A stretch of 64,000 nucleotides of DNA from NCBI GenBank assembly GCA_965153285.1, contig OZ229111.1; one strand, written 5' to 3'. A program made the translations under genes and the position numbers. Below are positions 13,229 through 25,672 of this stretch, one piece after another. The notes beneath the pieces were generated by a model. The model was not told the origin of the DNA. It ran no database searches and saw nothing but the letters and a program-made list of their open reading frames with translations. Each line of letters begins with the position of its first letter. Within the stretch, counting starts at the first letter, position 1. The stretch comes from Podarcis tiliguerta (Eukaryota).

Positions 13229-14143
13229 CTGGTCTACACAGGGGTCATGTATGCATCTCTCCATCAAGGCATGCAGGAGTCTTTCCCGGCCCTCACTGGA
13301 AATGCCAGGGGTTGAACTTGAGCCCTTTGGCATGCATAACATGTGTTCCACCTCTGAGCTGAGTGAGGCCCTTCACTTGTTGCTCTCTGTCTAAATTAGG
13401 GGATTGGATAATACAGGAACACCATGGGATGTCTATATCTCTACCACGTCCTTTTACTCATCTTCTCTATGCTTAGTTGTGTGTTCAGTTATTATATTGC
13501 ATTGTGGTGAAGATCTTTGGGGTCAGGCACAATCTGGGCTTGGGAGAAAGGTGTACTTATACTGTATATTATATAGTGCCTTCAAATACAATCCAAGGCA
13601 GCTTTGAACCATTCAAATCTCATCACAACCAGTGGACGTTCAAAAACTAGAAGCTAGATCTACAGCTGCTATGAATTAAAACACACAATAAGTCTGGCAG
13701 AATAGAATCTTAACGGTTCGTGCAAAAGACATCAAAGAAGGAGCCAGTCTAACTTCCTTAGGAATGAGTTCAACAATGGGAAAAGACACGGTCATGTGCC
13801 TCTACCAATCATCTCTCTTGCTGACGGAATGTGAGCAGGGCCTGAGAACACTGGCCATAATTCACAGGCAGATTTTAATGCAGGATGATGTTGTGATTGA
13901 AGGAGAATTCTGTCCATAGTTAGGAGAAGGGGCAGTCCCAGAGAGCAGACTGATTTTTTTGTAAAGTGCTGGTAACTGGAAATTCATGACTGTACTCTTT
14001 AAGAGATTCTGAAATTTAACTGATCCCCTGGTCTACTGTAGAGCAGTGAGGAATACTGTAGAATGACATGAAAATTATTGAAGAATTTTATGCACTTTAT
14101 TGTAGTATCTGCACAGTTTATTTCCTTTAACTAGAAGTAATGA

Positions 14144-14166
14144 TAGCTAGCTAGCTAGCTAGCTAG
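14144..14166. repeat. (TAGC)n microsatellite
   Basis: Direct reading; the repeat is self-complementary. Confidence 0.85.
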
Positions 14167-14389
14167 ATATAGACAGACAGGCAGAATAACTAATTTCCAT
14201 TTTATTGCATGTATCACGATGACTTCCCCCCTCTTTCTTTCTTTGCTAAGGAGCACTTCAGTGGACAAAAACTGTAGCCTTTTTTATTCTCAATTTGAGA
14301 ATATCTATGAGAGCAGCCATGGGAGTAAGTAATATGAGCACCACTCCTCCTCTGCCTTTTTCTCTTGTGGGATTAGCTTCTCAGTAGCT

Positions 14390-14482
14390 AAGGCTGCAAT
14401 CCTATGTAGACTTACCTGGGAGTAAGTAGTACTGAACTCAAGGGGGCTTACTTGAATAGACACATACTAGGTTGCACCTTAA
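14390..14482. mobile_element. Short palindromic MITE-like repeat
   Basis: tgcaatcctatg...gagtaag...cttactt...taggttgca; related copy at ~48520-48615. Confidence 0.6.
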
Positions 14483-16179
14483 GATTTCTGCCCTGAAGCT
14501 CAGTATGTCTGTTGGGATTTGTTAGTCAGAAGCAGCAAATGCATTCCTACATCCTTTCCTGCTGGATAAAAGATAAATTGTAAAAATTGTTGTTGTTCCC
14601 ATTTCATCCCAAGGTTTGGGTTATGTAGCAGTAATTTTATGATATATGAACAGATTAGAACAAATAAAAACTCTCAACCACACATTTCTTAGCCTCCAAA
14701 ATTGGATAAATAGGATTTTTAAAAAATGCTGCTGCTTTGATCTCTTGTTACTTATTTTTGTATCTTAACTACTTCAATGCCTATCCATTTACAAATTGAT
14801 TTTTAAATATGGATTTTTTTAAAGGAGTTAAATGGTGTTTGACATGTGCACATATGGAAAGAAGCAAATGTTGCTTAATTCAGTTTTGATTTGTGTCAAG
14901 TGACTTACTAGCTTTTTCTTGGCAAAGAGCTGGGGAGTAGGGTTGTGATACAGAACGCTGCTGTCTCTGACAGTTGCTTGGTGTGCTACTCTTCCCAGGC
15001 TCAGGTTGACTCTGTCCACAGACAGCATAGTAGGAGCATCTCAAAAGCATAGAACATCTCAAGTTCTGGAAATCATGGTTTGACACCCCCCTGCTTTCCC
15101 CATATTCTGCTTTGACCCTGGTGTGCAGAACCACAGCATAAAAATATGGCCAAACTAAAGATCCACATCTCTCTACGTTTTGAATATCAGGAATCCAGAT
15201 TCAGGATTGTCAGTGGCTATGTATGCTTCGCAAGATGCAAGCAAGAAATGTTAATAGAATAAACAATCTTGGTTATTTTTCTTAGCTTCTGGTTTAGAAA
15301 CACCCCGACCCAGATGATCTTGGAAGATATTAATATCTTCCCTGGATTTTTCTAGCCTCACGTCAACAACATTTGTGGCTGTCCAGAATACAAGTTTGTG
15401 AGAACCTCTGGCAGTGCATAGTTTGCTCTGTAATGTTCATGTTGGTGTGTGCCAACTTATCTAGCCCAGTTTTCTGTTCCGTCTTCAAGCTGTACTTTGG
15501 GCTGCAGTATAGCTAGCCTGTAATGAAATAATGTAGTATAGTAACTACTAGCCATGGGGAGAAGGGATTAAGGCCAATGTAGTTTGATAATATGGCTCCT
15601 GGAAGAGTATCTTTGCAAGGTAAAACAGTGTCTGAATGTGTGCAAAGTAAGCAAGCCAAAGTATTAGAAGGGAGAAACCACTCTATTCTATCTACTTTTG
15701 CTCCAAAGAGATGGCCCATTTGTGAGGGGATCCTTGTTTCTTTTGCACCAAGCCTTGCAGAAATTAGTTTTAATGGAATTTCATATGTTTTCTTCCTTCC
15801 TCAGTCTTGACCCCCCCCCACACACATACAGGTAAATATTTGTTTGTATATAATGTATCAAGTTCTTGCCCACAGACTTAGAATTTTTTTCTAGTAGTCT
15901 TTGTGTTGCATTTCTTTCTTTGCACCTTCCAGCCTCATCTACTGTGCCAAAATTAAACTGTGTTGTCATTTGGTTTTAATATCAGAGACATCTGTAATAT
16001 TTAGAGTGCCTGGGTTTAGACTGGTATTTGAGCTCCTTTTGTGTTAAAGAACTAGAACTTTGTATATGGAGCTTTACCTGGCCACAGACAAGGGAGAAGA
16101 AGTCTGCACTGTCTCACACTGTTGCAGGGCAAAGACAATTTCAGATGCAAACAACAACATTTTAAAATAAAAGGGCATT

Positions 16180-16185
16180 TTTATT
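16180..16185 (-). terminator. Probable AMIGO3 polyadenylation signal
   Basis: AATAAA on minus strand ~1.5 kb after the stop codon, followed by T/GT-rich tract (tgttgttgtttg). Confidence 0.55.
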
Positions 16186-17668
16186 TAAATATAACCCGAG
16201 AGGAAATCTACCCCCAGGTTACAATTATTATCATTACATGGATTAAAGTACTACCAAAATAGCTAGATGCTTCGTTCTCCCAAGCACATCTGCCCTTCTC
16301 AAGGAGAAAAAAGGCAGGGAGATGGTTCATTTAAGCGCAGAGCGGAGCGGAGCGGAGCTGGCTTGTTGTAATTACACTAGGTGCATGAATAATCTAATGC
16401 ATTCCTGAATTTGATTATTTACAGCAGCTTTTTTGGGGCAGGGGTGGGTGGGGAGAAACAAAGTTAACTTTTAATGGCTATATTAAGTTATATAAAAAGG
16501 CACACTAACCAAAGCAGTGTTCTTGTCTATCTAATCCAGTTATCTGAATTGGCCAGCCATAGGTTATTTGTACATTTAAAAAACATGACACAACATCAGC
16601 ACTGTGTCTAGAATAGCATCCTTTTTAACCCTGTCTGGGATCAAACTCCCCTCTGCTGTGATGACAGCAAAATAAATAATTTGCCCTTCTCAAGTCTAAC
16701 CCAAGGATAATTTTCTGGCACCGATTTTTGCTTTCTGTCACAGTGATCCAAAAGCACAGAATGCCCGAGCTATTAGAATTTTATTGTAGAGACGAAGAAT
16801 TCAATCTGGGGAAAAGGTTCCTCATTAAAAGCAAACCCAGAACAAGGTGCTTTTAAGGGGCAGGCAGTGTGTCTAGTAATACCAAGCAGTTTTGTTAAGC
16901 TGATTCAAGCAGAAGACTGACTCTTACAGTTTCTGACACTTACGTGGCTGACTGCACATATCCAAAAGGGCGAGGTGGTCATCTGGAGCAGGGCTTGTGA
17001 CCTCTGTAAAGGGAGCAATTGCTTCAGTTTTTAGCCATGCTATAACTTGGTCCAAGAAGCATAGAAGTAAGTTGGAAAGTATGGGCTCGGGAACCTACTT
17101 TCCAAATTAATATTAGAAGCAGTAGCTGACTAAAGCAGTTAAAAAATAAGAAATGGCCCCCTTTTTGGTCCAGCAAGGGCACTCTTTCTTCTCCAGAAAT
17201 AAAAACAGGCTTTCTTATATAGCAAATGTTTATTCTCTGAAAGTCAAAGCCATTACACAATCTTGTATTCCACAGCAGTTTTCTAAAGGGGGATGGTACT
17301 CTCTGCTACAAGTTACTGTCTCTACTACTGAGCAGGCTGTAGTCATCTGGGATGTGTAAAGAGCATTCAATTCTTTTTTGTCAAAAGATGGTTTCTTCTG
17401 TTGTGCATAATAAATGGATTCTGGGACAGTCAGACTAGAATTGTTAGAAGAAAAGGCCTCCATAATTTCTAGGGGAGATGAAGGAAATTAAGAATAAACC
17501 ACAGTAGTCCATCCAAGGGAGATGAAGAGAATTCCTCTGTGCTTGTCAGTGAGGAGATGCTTTGTAAATATATATTGTCTTCCCTCTCCCTCCCACAGTG
17601 GATATGGGGTTTGACCCCACTCCTTCCCCACTCTCCACCTTGGCTGCATCCTTCCTGTGGATTGCTTC

Positions 17669-19252
17669 CTATCCATCTGCCGGTGTCTGTTCTCGTTCCT
17701 CAAAGGACATGATGAGAGGATCTGAAAAAACTGAGCTGATTGATTCACTGTCCAGCTTGAGCTGTAAGAGTCTGGGGCTTTTAGCTTCTGGAAAGTCCTC
17801 GCTGACGGCCAACCTGACCTTGCCATTCTGGGCTTCCTTGATGGGCTCTAGGAAAACAACGTGCTTGTTTGCGCTGATCTTGCGATTTGGCCCATCTGTG
17901 GCTGGCGGGGTGGTACTAAGGATGGATGATTGGGCGCTGCAGTCTGGAGGGGGGCTTGCGGGCTTCTTGAAGCACTTGGAGCAGCGACATGGTGTGAGGT
18001 ACAAGTACAAAAGGACAAGTACCAGAGTTACAACACACCCTAAGAGGGTTGTGAGGCCGGTATTGAAAGACTCTGGTGGTTTGGGGTATTGAAATGTGAT
18101 GTTGACTTCAAACGTCTGGTTGATCTGTTGGAGCTCGTTGATGGCTATGCACACATAAACACCGGAATGGGTACGGTTACCCTTTCTGATCAATAGGCTT
18201 CCATTTCTGAAAGGTTGATGCTCCTGATTACTGTGCTCAGGGTACATGAATAATTCATGTCTAGGAGAGATCCATCTGTAGTTTGTGGCATTGTCATTAT
18301 GGAGGCTCGTGTTGCAGTCTATTACCAAGGATTCTCCCACTTGGCAGAGGATTTGGGGAATGTCAAATTGGTTCCAGGAGCAATCTCCAATATACTTGTT
18401 GTAATTGAAGGTGTTGACTAAGGAACGTGGCACATTAGGGAAAGCTTTGCAGGTGTGCTCCTCTACAAAATCCTCCGCAGAACTGAAACCGCGGTGCTTC
18501 CATTCCTGGAGCATCAGATGAAGAGAGCAGTCACATATCACAGGGTTGTTGTGAAGGTACAAGCCATTTTTTATGTACCCAGGCAAAGTTGCTATTACTT
18601 GAACAGGAATGCTGCTTAGGTTGTTAGCAGACAGATCCAGGGTTCTCAGGTATGGGTGTTCAAGTCTTTGAATGGACTCAAATGGAAATTTTGTTAGCCT
18701 GTTCCAACTCAGGTAGACTTTTTGCAATCTGATTAACTTGACAAAAGCATTTTGATCGACTTGTACAATCTTGTTGTTGTATAGCAAGAGCTCCTCCAAC
18801 TTCACAAGGCCATCAAAGTAATACTTCTCCACAGTGCTCAGGTAGTTGGAAGACATGTCCAGGTGTACAATGTAAGTGGCATTGTGGAACACTTGCCGAG
18901 TGATATTGTGGATCTTGTTGTGGCTGATCCTGAGGGTCTGGAGACGTGGTAAGGCAGCCAGCCAGTAGTCATTAAGCTGAGTAATGTTATTGTAGCTGAG
19001 GTCCAAGGTAGTGGTTGTGGGAAGCAGGGTGCTGGGGACCTGTTCAAGATCCTTCTTGGCACAACTCATGAGATCAGCAGTACAAATGCATACTTCAGGA
19101 CATCTTCTGAGAGTGCAGTTGTTTAAGGTGCTGACTTGAATGCACAGGACAAAGAAAACTGACAGCTTTCCAAGCAGTTTCCAAATAAATAAAGCCAAGG
19201 TCAGTACATTCATCATGCAACAGTGGAGCTCACCCTGGTTTGTCACTAGCAT
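17669..19252 (-). CDS. AMIGO3: Amphoterin-induced protein 3 (LRR + Ig type I membrane adhesion molecule); true start may be ATG at 19216/19213
   Basis: 527-aa ORF: hydrophobic N-terminus, LRRNT (CPEVCIC), LRRs, LRRCT (NNPVICDC), Ig domain, FNTGLTTLLGCVVTLVLVLLYLYLTPC TM segment, NKHVVFLEP motif; nesting in RNF123 intron identifies the AMIGO3 paralogue. Confidence 0.95.
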   Translation of the reverse strand: MLVTNQGELHCCMMNVLTLALFIWKLLGKLSVFFVLCIQVSTLNNCTLRRCPEVCICTADLMSCAKKDLEQVPSTLLPTTTTLDLSYNNITQLNDYWLAALPRLQTLRISHNKIHNITRQVFHNATYIVHLDMSSNYLSTVEKYYFDGLVKLEELLLYNNKIVQVDQNAFVKLIRLQKVYLSWNRLTKFPFESIQRLEHPYLRTLDLSANNLSSIPVQVIATLPGYIKNGLYLHNNPVICDCSLHLMLQEWKHRGFSSAEDFVEEHTCKAFPNVPRSLVNTFNYNKYIGDCSWNQFDIPQILCQVGESLVIDCNTSLHNDNATNYRWISPRHELFMYPEHSNQEHQPFRNGSLLIRKGNRTHSGVYVCIAINELQQINQTFEVNITFQYPKPPESFNTGLTTLLGCVVTLVLVLLYLYLTPCRCSKCFKKPASPPPDCSAQSSILSTTPPATDGPNRKISANKHVVFLEPIKEAQNGKVRLAVSEDFPEAKSPRLLQLKLDSESISSVFSDPLIMSFEEREQTPADG

Positions 19253-19949
19253 GGAAATAAGTTCTCAAATTCAAATTCACACTGAGTATAATCCTCTTGC
19301 AAGACACTGATGTGTGAAAGGGCAACAGTAGAATGAATCGGTAAAATCAGATGGTGCCTAGAGACTCTGAATTATGCTCCTTAAAATATTGGGTTGTCTC
19401 ACTCAGAATAAACAGGCATTTAAGAAATACGCTGTAATCAAAGGCCAGCATGTAACTGCTGTTCTGCATGCCTCTCTTGGTAGTTGTAGAAACTGGCAGG
19501 CGTCTGTGTGCAGGTATTGCCTCAAATAATTTCAAAAACAAGGTATGTCTATATAGATCATCTTGAGCTCTGATTCAAAAGCCTTGAGCATGTTTACAGG
19601 ATTTGCCTCTAAAGTGTCACTCTCCAAATAACCCAACCTTGCATCTATTTGAGGCTGCTCCTTCAGTAACATTGGTCCAGGGAGAAGCTGGATCCATTTT
19701 TTTTTGCTTTGCCAAGTCAAATGTCCTTAGATCCCAAAGTTTCCATTAGTGGATCCTTATCTTGAGGCTAAGCAACTCCAGTACAGATTCATCATAAAAG
19801 GGCCAATACGAGCCCATTTCTTCACCTCTGTAATCTCATATAGAAACGCCAAAGAAAGCAGCTCTTACCCGGATATCTTCCTTTCTGGGTTATATTGAGC
19901 AGCATCACTCTTTCCTGCCGGTTGTTTCATCTTTCAGCCGACAGCACTG

Positions 19950-20050
19950 TATGCAAACACTTTCACCCTCTTCTGCTCCTATTTACAAGCTGCCTGTGAA
20001 CACTGAAGGGTAAGCTTTGTGGACCAAGAAGAAATCCTATTGGCTTGTGT
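19950..20050 (-). promoter_or_regulatory. Putative AMIGO3 core promoter
   Basis: Minus strand agCCAATagg (20039-20043) and TATA-like TAAATA (19980-19985), upstream of a CGG|gtaaga donor at 19869. Confidence 0.45.
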
Positions 20051-21582
20051 AAGAGGGAGTGGTGATAAGAAGAGAGGGGAAGGGGAGGACAGTAGTGAAG
20101 GGTTTTTTTTTCTGAATGGCATGTAGTTTCTTTGTTGTGCCATGTGGGGGCAGAAAAATCCTGCACAGCTATCCTTGGACTGGGCATCAGAGTGGCACAT
20201 GAGAGCTGCAGCAATTTGTGCCAGCAGCACTATTACAAGGGGAGATAAAGAAGCAGGCTTAGTAAAAGGAGGGGGTGGGTCTTGCGAAAAGACAGCTCCT
20301 CTGCTGTTTACAGTTTCTCAGTGCATCTATGCAAGTCTTTGCAATTTTGTAATCTTTGGATCTTGGTTGAATTTTTTAATTTTTTAGGGGTAGGAGTGGA
20401 AGAATAGATCACACCGTAGCACCAAAGGACCACAACCAAGATTGTGACCCTATTGTTCTGGATAGTTTGCCCCCAAGAGTTAGTCATTTTTGTCTGTCTA
20501 GAACTTCACACATTATATTTGTGATACATGTGATCGTAGTTTCTTTGTGACCTTCATGACAACTTCTGTGATTAGGCCTCTTCACTAAAAATATAGTTTT
20601 AAAAAAACCTTATGTCAGCATCACAGACTTTCAGTGTATGCACACCTGAAAGCTTGTATTTTAATACCCAAAGCACAGCATAATGTATAAATACACATTC
20701 ATACTAGAATGTAGATTTTGGCTGAAACTTAGGAGAACCTTCTGAATGGTAATAGCCATTCAGCAATGGAACAGACTAACAAAGGTGGAGGTAACTAAGC
20801 AGAGACTGCATAGTTATCTGCCAGAGATGCAGATATTGTATTGACCAGTGGGGTGCCCTTCCAACCAGCAACAGCTGCCAGGGCTGTGAAAGCAGCTTCC
20901 TAGTAGCAGCATTGCTGCTGCTTCCCACAATAGGGCAGGGCAGGGCAGTGGCAAGCTTGGGACTCTCTGTCCTAGACAGCAGCAGTGCTGCCTCCATTAG
21001 GAGGTTATGTCCACCCTGCCAGCCACTTCAGCTTCCAACTCCTTGATTCTGTGAAAGCAAATTGAGCTTGAGGCTTCTGTTTTCATTGCGACTGGTGTGT
21101 TTGAGTCTTTCAGCCTTTTGAAGTTAACAAGTGACTCCCCTGGCACAGTTCTGAAATTTTCCTCACTGTGGTCCTCCCCAGGATATGATGTCCTTAGGGA
21201 AGGCTTATGGCTGGAGGCAGTGACATCCTTTCTGTTGCTATGCCAGATTATCACCTCGCTCTGTTTCTCCAACCTTCATCCTTTATTGTTACCTTGGCTT
21301 TAGTGAATTCGTACAAGCAGCGTACAACCTCATTATCCTTGCAGTATGCTTCTGTAGTGGTATACAACCACACTTTCTGTCACTGCCAAATCCCTGATAG
21401 CAGTAGAGTGTTCGGCTTTGAATTCGATCAGTGCTATCTTTACACTTTGGGGTGAAGTCATGCATTATAATTTGCTTGGCTGTACTAGATCAAACAGACC
21501 TGTTCCATGCCATCACAGGTCCTTTTGGTTATCCAGCTTTTCAGTTTATCTCATTTTTCAGTTTTTCTGCATAAGGAAACTG

Positions 21583-21728
21583 ATCATAGAATCATAGAGT
21601 TGGAAGGGACCCCTGAGGAAGGATGATCTAGTCCACCCCCCTGCAATGCAGGACTATGCAACTATACTGTAGGGGAATCAAACCTGCAACCTTGGTGTTA
21701 TCAACACCATGCTCTAACCAACTTAGCT
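21583..21728 (-). mobile_element. SINE with tRNA-Ile-like head and CR1 3' tail
   Basis: Minus strand tagctaagttggttagagcatggtgttgataacaccaaggttgcaggtttgattcccc followed by CR1-type tail ...ccaactctatgattctatga. Confidence 0.75.
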
Positions 21729-21752
21729 ATACAGCAAATCATGTCCTTGAGC

Positions 21753-21881
21753 AGATGTGCAGAACCTTTGGTCCTCCAGATGTTGCTGAACTACAACTCG
21801 CATCATCCCTGGCCATGCTTGTTGAGGACGATGGGAATTGTAGTTCAGCAACATCTGGAGGGCCAAAGATTCCTCACACCT
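21753..21881. mobile_element. Palindromic MITE
   Basis: cctccagatgttgctgaactacaa...ttgtagttcagcaacatctggagg inverted arms. Confidence 0.8.
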
Positions 21882-24564
21882 AGGTTTACCATATTTCAAA
21901 AAGCGAAAATCCGGGCACAAAAGTTGAGCAACATTAAAAATGCCAGCATTAAAAAAAAGTTGACTCTCCATTCAGATTTTGCCCCTTCTCTCCAATTTCA
22001 TTTTCTGTGTGTGCTGATGCAATTATTATTGGCTGCTTATTGTGTGGATGATCTTGCTAAGGTGTTAGCTGTAGTGTTGTTCCTGTGGAGGAAGCAAATA
22101 TGTGTGTGAGAGAGAGGGAGGGAAGAAGAGGGAGAATGAGAGAATTCTCAAGGGCAGATGCATAGATTTCAGAAGCCAGATCAAACTCCCTACAACCACT
22201 GTCTTTTTTTAGTCTGTGCTGTATGTCAGTATCTACATAATTGGTGAGGCACAGGGTATTGATTTTCCTCCCTTCATCCCTATTTACATATTTGACATTT
22301 GTTGAGGCTTTTATAGTTTTGGTATTGATTTACTTGACCATCTTGGATTTTCATCACTTCATGGTCACCTGTGGCCGAACCAATAGTGTGACCTCAACTT
22401 GCATCCTTTGAACTGGAGGCTGCATTGGTGCCATCAGCCATCAGGTGAGACTGTTGGGCTGGAGAGAGGTCCAACTGCAATAAGTGATCTCTGATCAAAG
22501 CAGAGGCAGAGGTGACTGAGATTTGTCCAGTAATTCCAACTCTGTAGAAACACAGTTTGCTCTCCTCAATGGACAGAGGGCAAGAGAGCGACTGCATGCC
22601 ATTGACTTACCCTTTGCCCCTGAACAGATGCTCAGAGTTGACCAGGCATGTCTGTAGAGTAATTTCTGGGGCAGAGAGAGCAGCAGCTGGAGGGCAATTT
22701 CCTGGGAGATCCAGGCTGCTTTATTTGAGGAAAGTGAAAATCAAAGCAGAATAATTGGTTTCCATTAGTACAGCAAATGACTAATTTGGCTGCAGCAGCT
22801 GCAGGACGTAGTGGGTGCTTAACCCTCTATTTTACAAGTTGGAAGGGAAATGTTTTGGGGAAAATATTTGCCAGATGCTTCCCTATGTAAAGTTGCTTGC
22901 ATGTTTTTGTGCAGCTGCTTTTAAATGTGCAATCAGAGATCCCCACTGCATATCTTAAGTGACCCCTTATTGCTGAGTGGCCCTGTCTCCCCTCCTCCTA
23001 GCTTATTCCTCTGTCTCTTCCAGAGGTGAAATACTCCTGAATCAGAGTGGCCGTGTGTTCTGCTTACAGAGGACAGCCTCTATTTGAAGTCATCCTTCAT
23101 TTAAAGGGCTCTCAATTCAGAGTCCAATTGAAAGATAAAGAACCATGACAGAGGAGAGCAGGAGAGGCCTTGATGTTGCCCACCAGCAGTTAGCACCTGG
23201 ACAGCAGACTGAGCAGGCACACAAGTCACCTTCTCCTCTCCATTATGGTGAGAATAGGGGTATTATACTGGCATCCCCCAACTTAGGTGTGTTCTACTTG
23301 TGTGTGACTGTGTATATGTGCAGCACAAGTCATTCAGTTCATACCCAGAAGTAGCAGGATTTTGAAAGATTTTGAAACAATCTTTTGAAACCTGCCTCTT
23401 GTAATGCAAGATTGGCTTTCTTTTGGTGAAGCTGGGACCATGTTTTTTTTAAAAAATACTATATTTTCAAATATAGGGATGCACTAATACGTACTCATTT
23501 CTCTGTAGCAATAGTACAATTAAGATGTATCCCACATTTAAACTGATGGAAAAAAACATACCTTCCTCCCCCCCCCCAACAGAAAACTAACAAAAATTTA
23601 TGTGTGTGAGCCAAAAAATGAAAGATGTAGCATCTAATTCATGTGAAGTAAGAACCCTGAGGAAACAGTGCATTCATTCACAACCACTACATATGCTAAA
23701 GGGACCATCTTTTAAAGGTCTAAATAGTTCTAAATGCATGTGGTTGGGAACCAACACACTCTGCTTTTAAGTGATATGCATCAATTTTAAGTGATCTGCA
23801 TAAAGCTGGTGTGGCAAGTGCATGGTAAATTGACTGCATCCAAGCAAGTGCCCTAAACTTATTCCGAATTGCCAAATGAGTTGAATGCTTCTAATGCAAA
23901 GATGTTGGGTTAATCAAAGACCTTTAAGTGCACTACTGTAGCTTGTATATAGGGTTGCCATTTAATGGCCAGTGTTTTTCCACTCTCAGCAAGATTCAGT
24001 AGCGACTGCTGCATTTTTATAAGATAAGTTCAGGGTGTGAGAGATAATTGCCTTTTCATTGTTAAAAAAGGAGATATTTTCTTGGTAACTTTCCATGGTG
24101 ACATTACTGTTGGCTGTTAGACATGCCTTGAGCTGTGCTCCTGACAAATTACTGAATGACAGTGTTTCTCAGGGCTCCGATTTAGGCCTGATGTAGTCTG
24201 CATTTGAAATCTGTAAGTACTATGTTACTTTTGTTTTGCAACCCAAAATGTAATGACCTTGAGCTTTCTTGCTCATCGTTGCCGTTGGAACAATAGGACT
24301 GTACTGACACATCTCTTAAAGGTGACAAGTTTTCTTGAAGGTCAAGGTCTGAAAAGGGAAAGGAAGTGAACTTTGCAGCCAAGAGAGATGGCTTCTTAGG
24401 AGTTAATGGCTTCTTAGTCATTTCTGCAATCCCATCCAATAGAAATTAGGCTGGCACTCTGACACTTCTACAAGACTCCCTTTTCCCTCTTAACTTCAGA
24501 AATGTGCCTAATCCCACTGATCTTATGACTCAAGCAGTAATATTAAGGCAGTGAACTCTTATTC

Positions 24565-25273
24565 CAGAAGTGAGGAATCTTTTTCAGCCTGAGGGCCACA
24601 TTCCTTTCTCGAAAACCTTCTGAAGGCCACATGCCAGCGATGGGTAGGGACGGGGCAAAAATGGACAGAGCAATGAATGCGTTGGTGCCCTTTTTACAGT
24701 AGGCTACTTTCTACAGAGAGACACGGGTGGCACTGTGGGTAAAACCTCAGCGCCTAGGACTTGCCGATCGCATGGTCGGCGGTTCGAATCCCCGCGGCGG
24801 GGTGCGCTCCCATTGTTCGGTCCCAGCGCCTGCCAACCTAGCAGTTCGAAAGCACCCCCGGGGGCAAGTAGATAAATAGGGACCGCATACCAGCGGGAAG
24901 GTAAACGGCGTTCCGTGTGCTACGCTGGCTCGCCAGATGCAGCTTGTCACGCTGGCCACGTGACCCGGAAGTGTCTGCGGACAGCGCTGGCTCCCGGCCT
25001 ATAGAGTGAGATGAGCACACAACCCTAGAGTCTGGCAAGACTGGCCCATACGGGCAGGGGTACCTTTACCTTTTTACTTTCTACAGACACACGCAACCCT
25101 CTCTGTCCTTCATCCAGACAAGTTAAGAGGCATTATCAGAGTACAAGGGCACATTCCAGCCAGGCAAAAACACTCGTGAGTGAGAGGGTAGCCTGGGGAG
25201 AATTCTTGGGGACAGAGAGAGCAGCCTAGACTAGGGCTGTGCTTGACCCTTAGACCTGAGATTCCCTGCCTCT
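24565..25273. mobile_element. Older non-autonomous DNA transposon interrupted by the Sauria SINE
   Basis: Termini gaggaatctttttcagcctgagggccaca ... cctgagattccctgcctct; ends degenerate. Confidence 0.55.
24718..25074 (+). mobile_element. Full-length Sauria SINE
   Basis: Pol III A/B boxes (gtggcactgtgg, ggttcgaatcc), acctttacct tail, 13-bp TSD tactttctacaga. Confidence 0.92.
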
Positions 25274-25499
25274 ATGCTATGCCATTGGTCTTCAACTCAT
25301 GAGCCACAACTGGGTCTGATAGAAGGTGGATCACGCCAATGGTAACTAAGAGACAGGCTGCAAATGGATTTTAAAAGGGGGTTCCCCATTCTTCAGGTTG
25401 AAATGAAAGGCCTCTCCTGGATCTGAAAAAGGAAAGGCTACTCTGGACAGACGGCACTTTTCATGAAAATGTTGAATGAAAGAGAGTGATACGGTAACT

Positions 25500-25672
25500 T
25501 AGGGCTGCCATACATCTGGATTTTCCCAGACATTACTGGGATTTCAAAGGTGGAATTGATGTCTGAAAGGAGGCGCTTTGTCCTGGATCTTAGGCAAGTC
25601 AATCGAAACAAAAAACAACTCATCAACTTTCAGGATGTCCTGGTTTTTACTTTTTGAAATATGGCAATCCTA
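25500..25672. mobile_element. hAT-like MITE
   Basis: TIRs TAGGGCTGCCATA / TATGGCAATCCTA. Confidence 0.7.

Noticed and set aside
17598-18092. 164-aa plus-strand ORF
   Set aside because: Antisense shadow of the AMIGO3 CDS; non-ATG start and no recognisable domain
21655-21728. tRNA-Ile-like sequence with GAT at the anticodon position
   Set aside because: Acceptor stem is missing, the T-loop is mutated, and it is fused to a CR1 tail; it is a SINE head, not a tRNA gene
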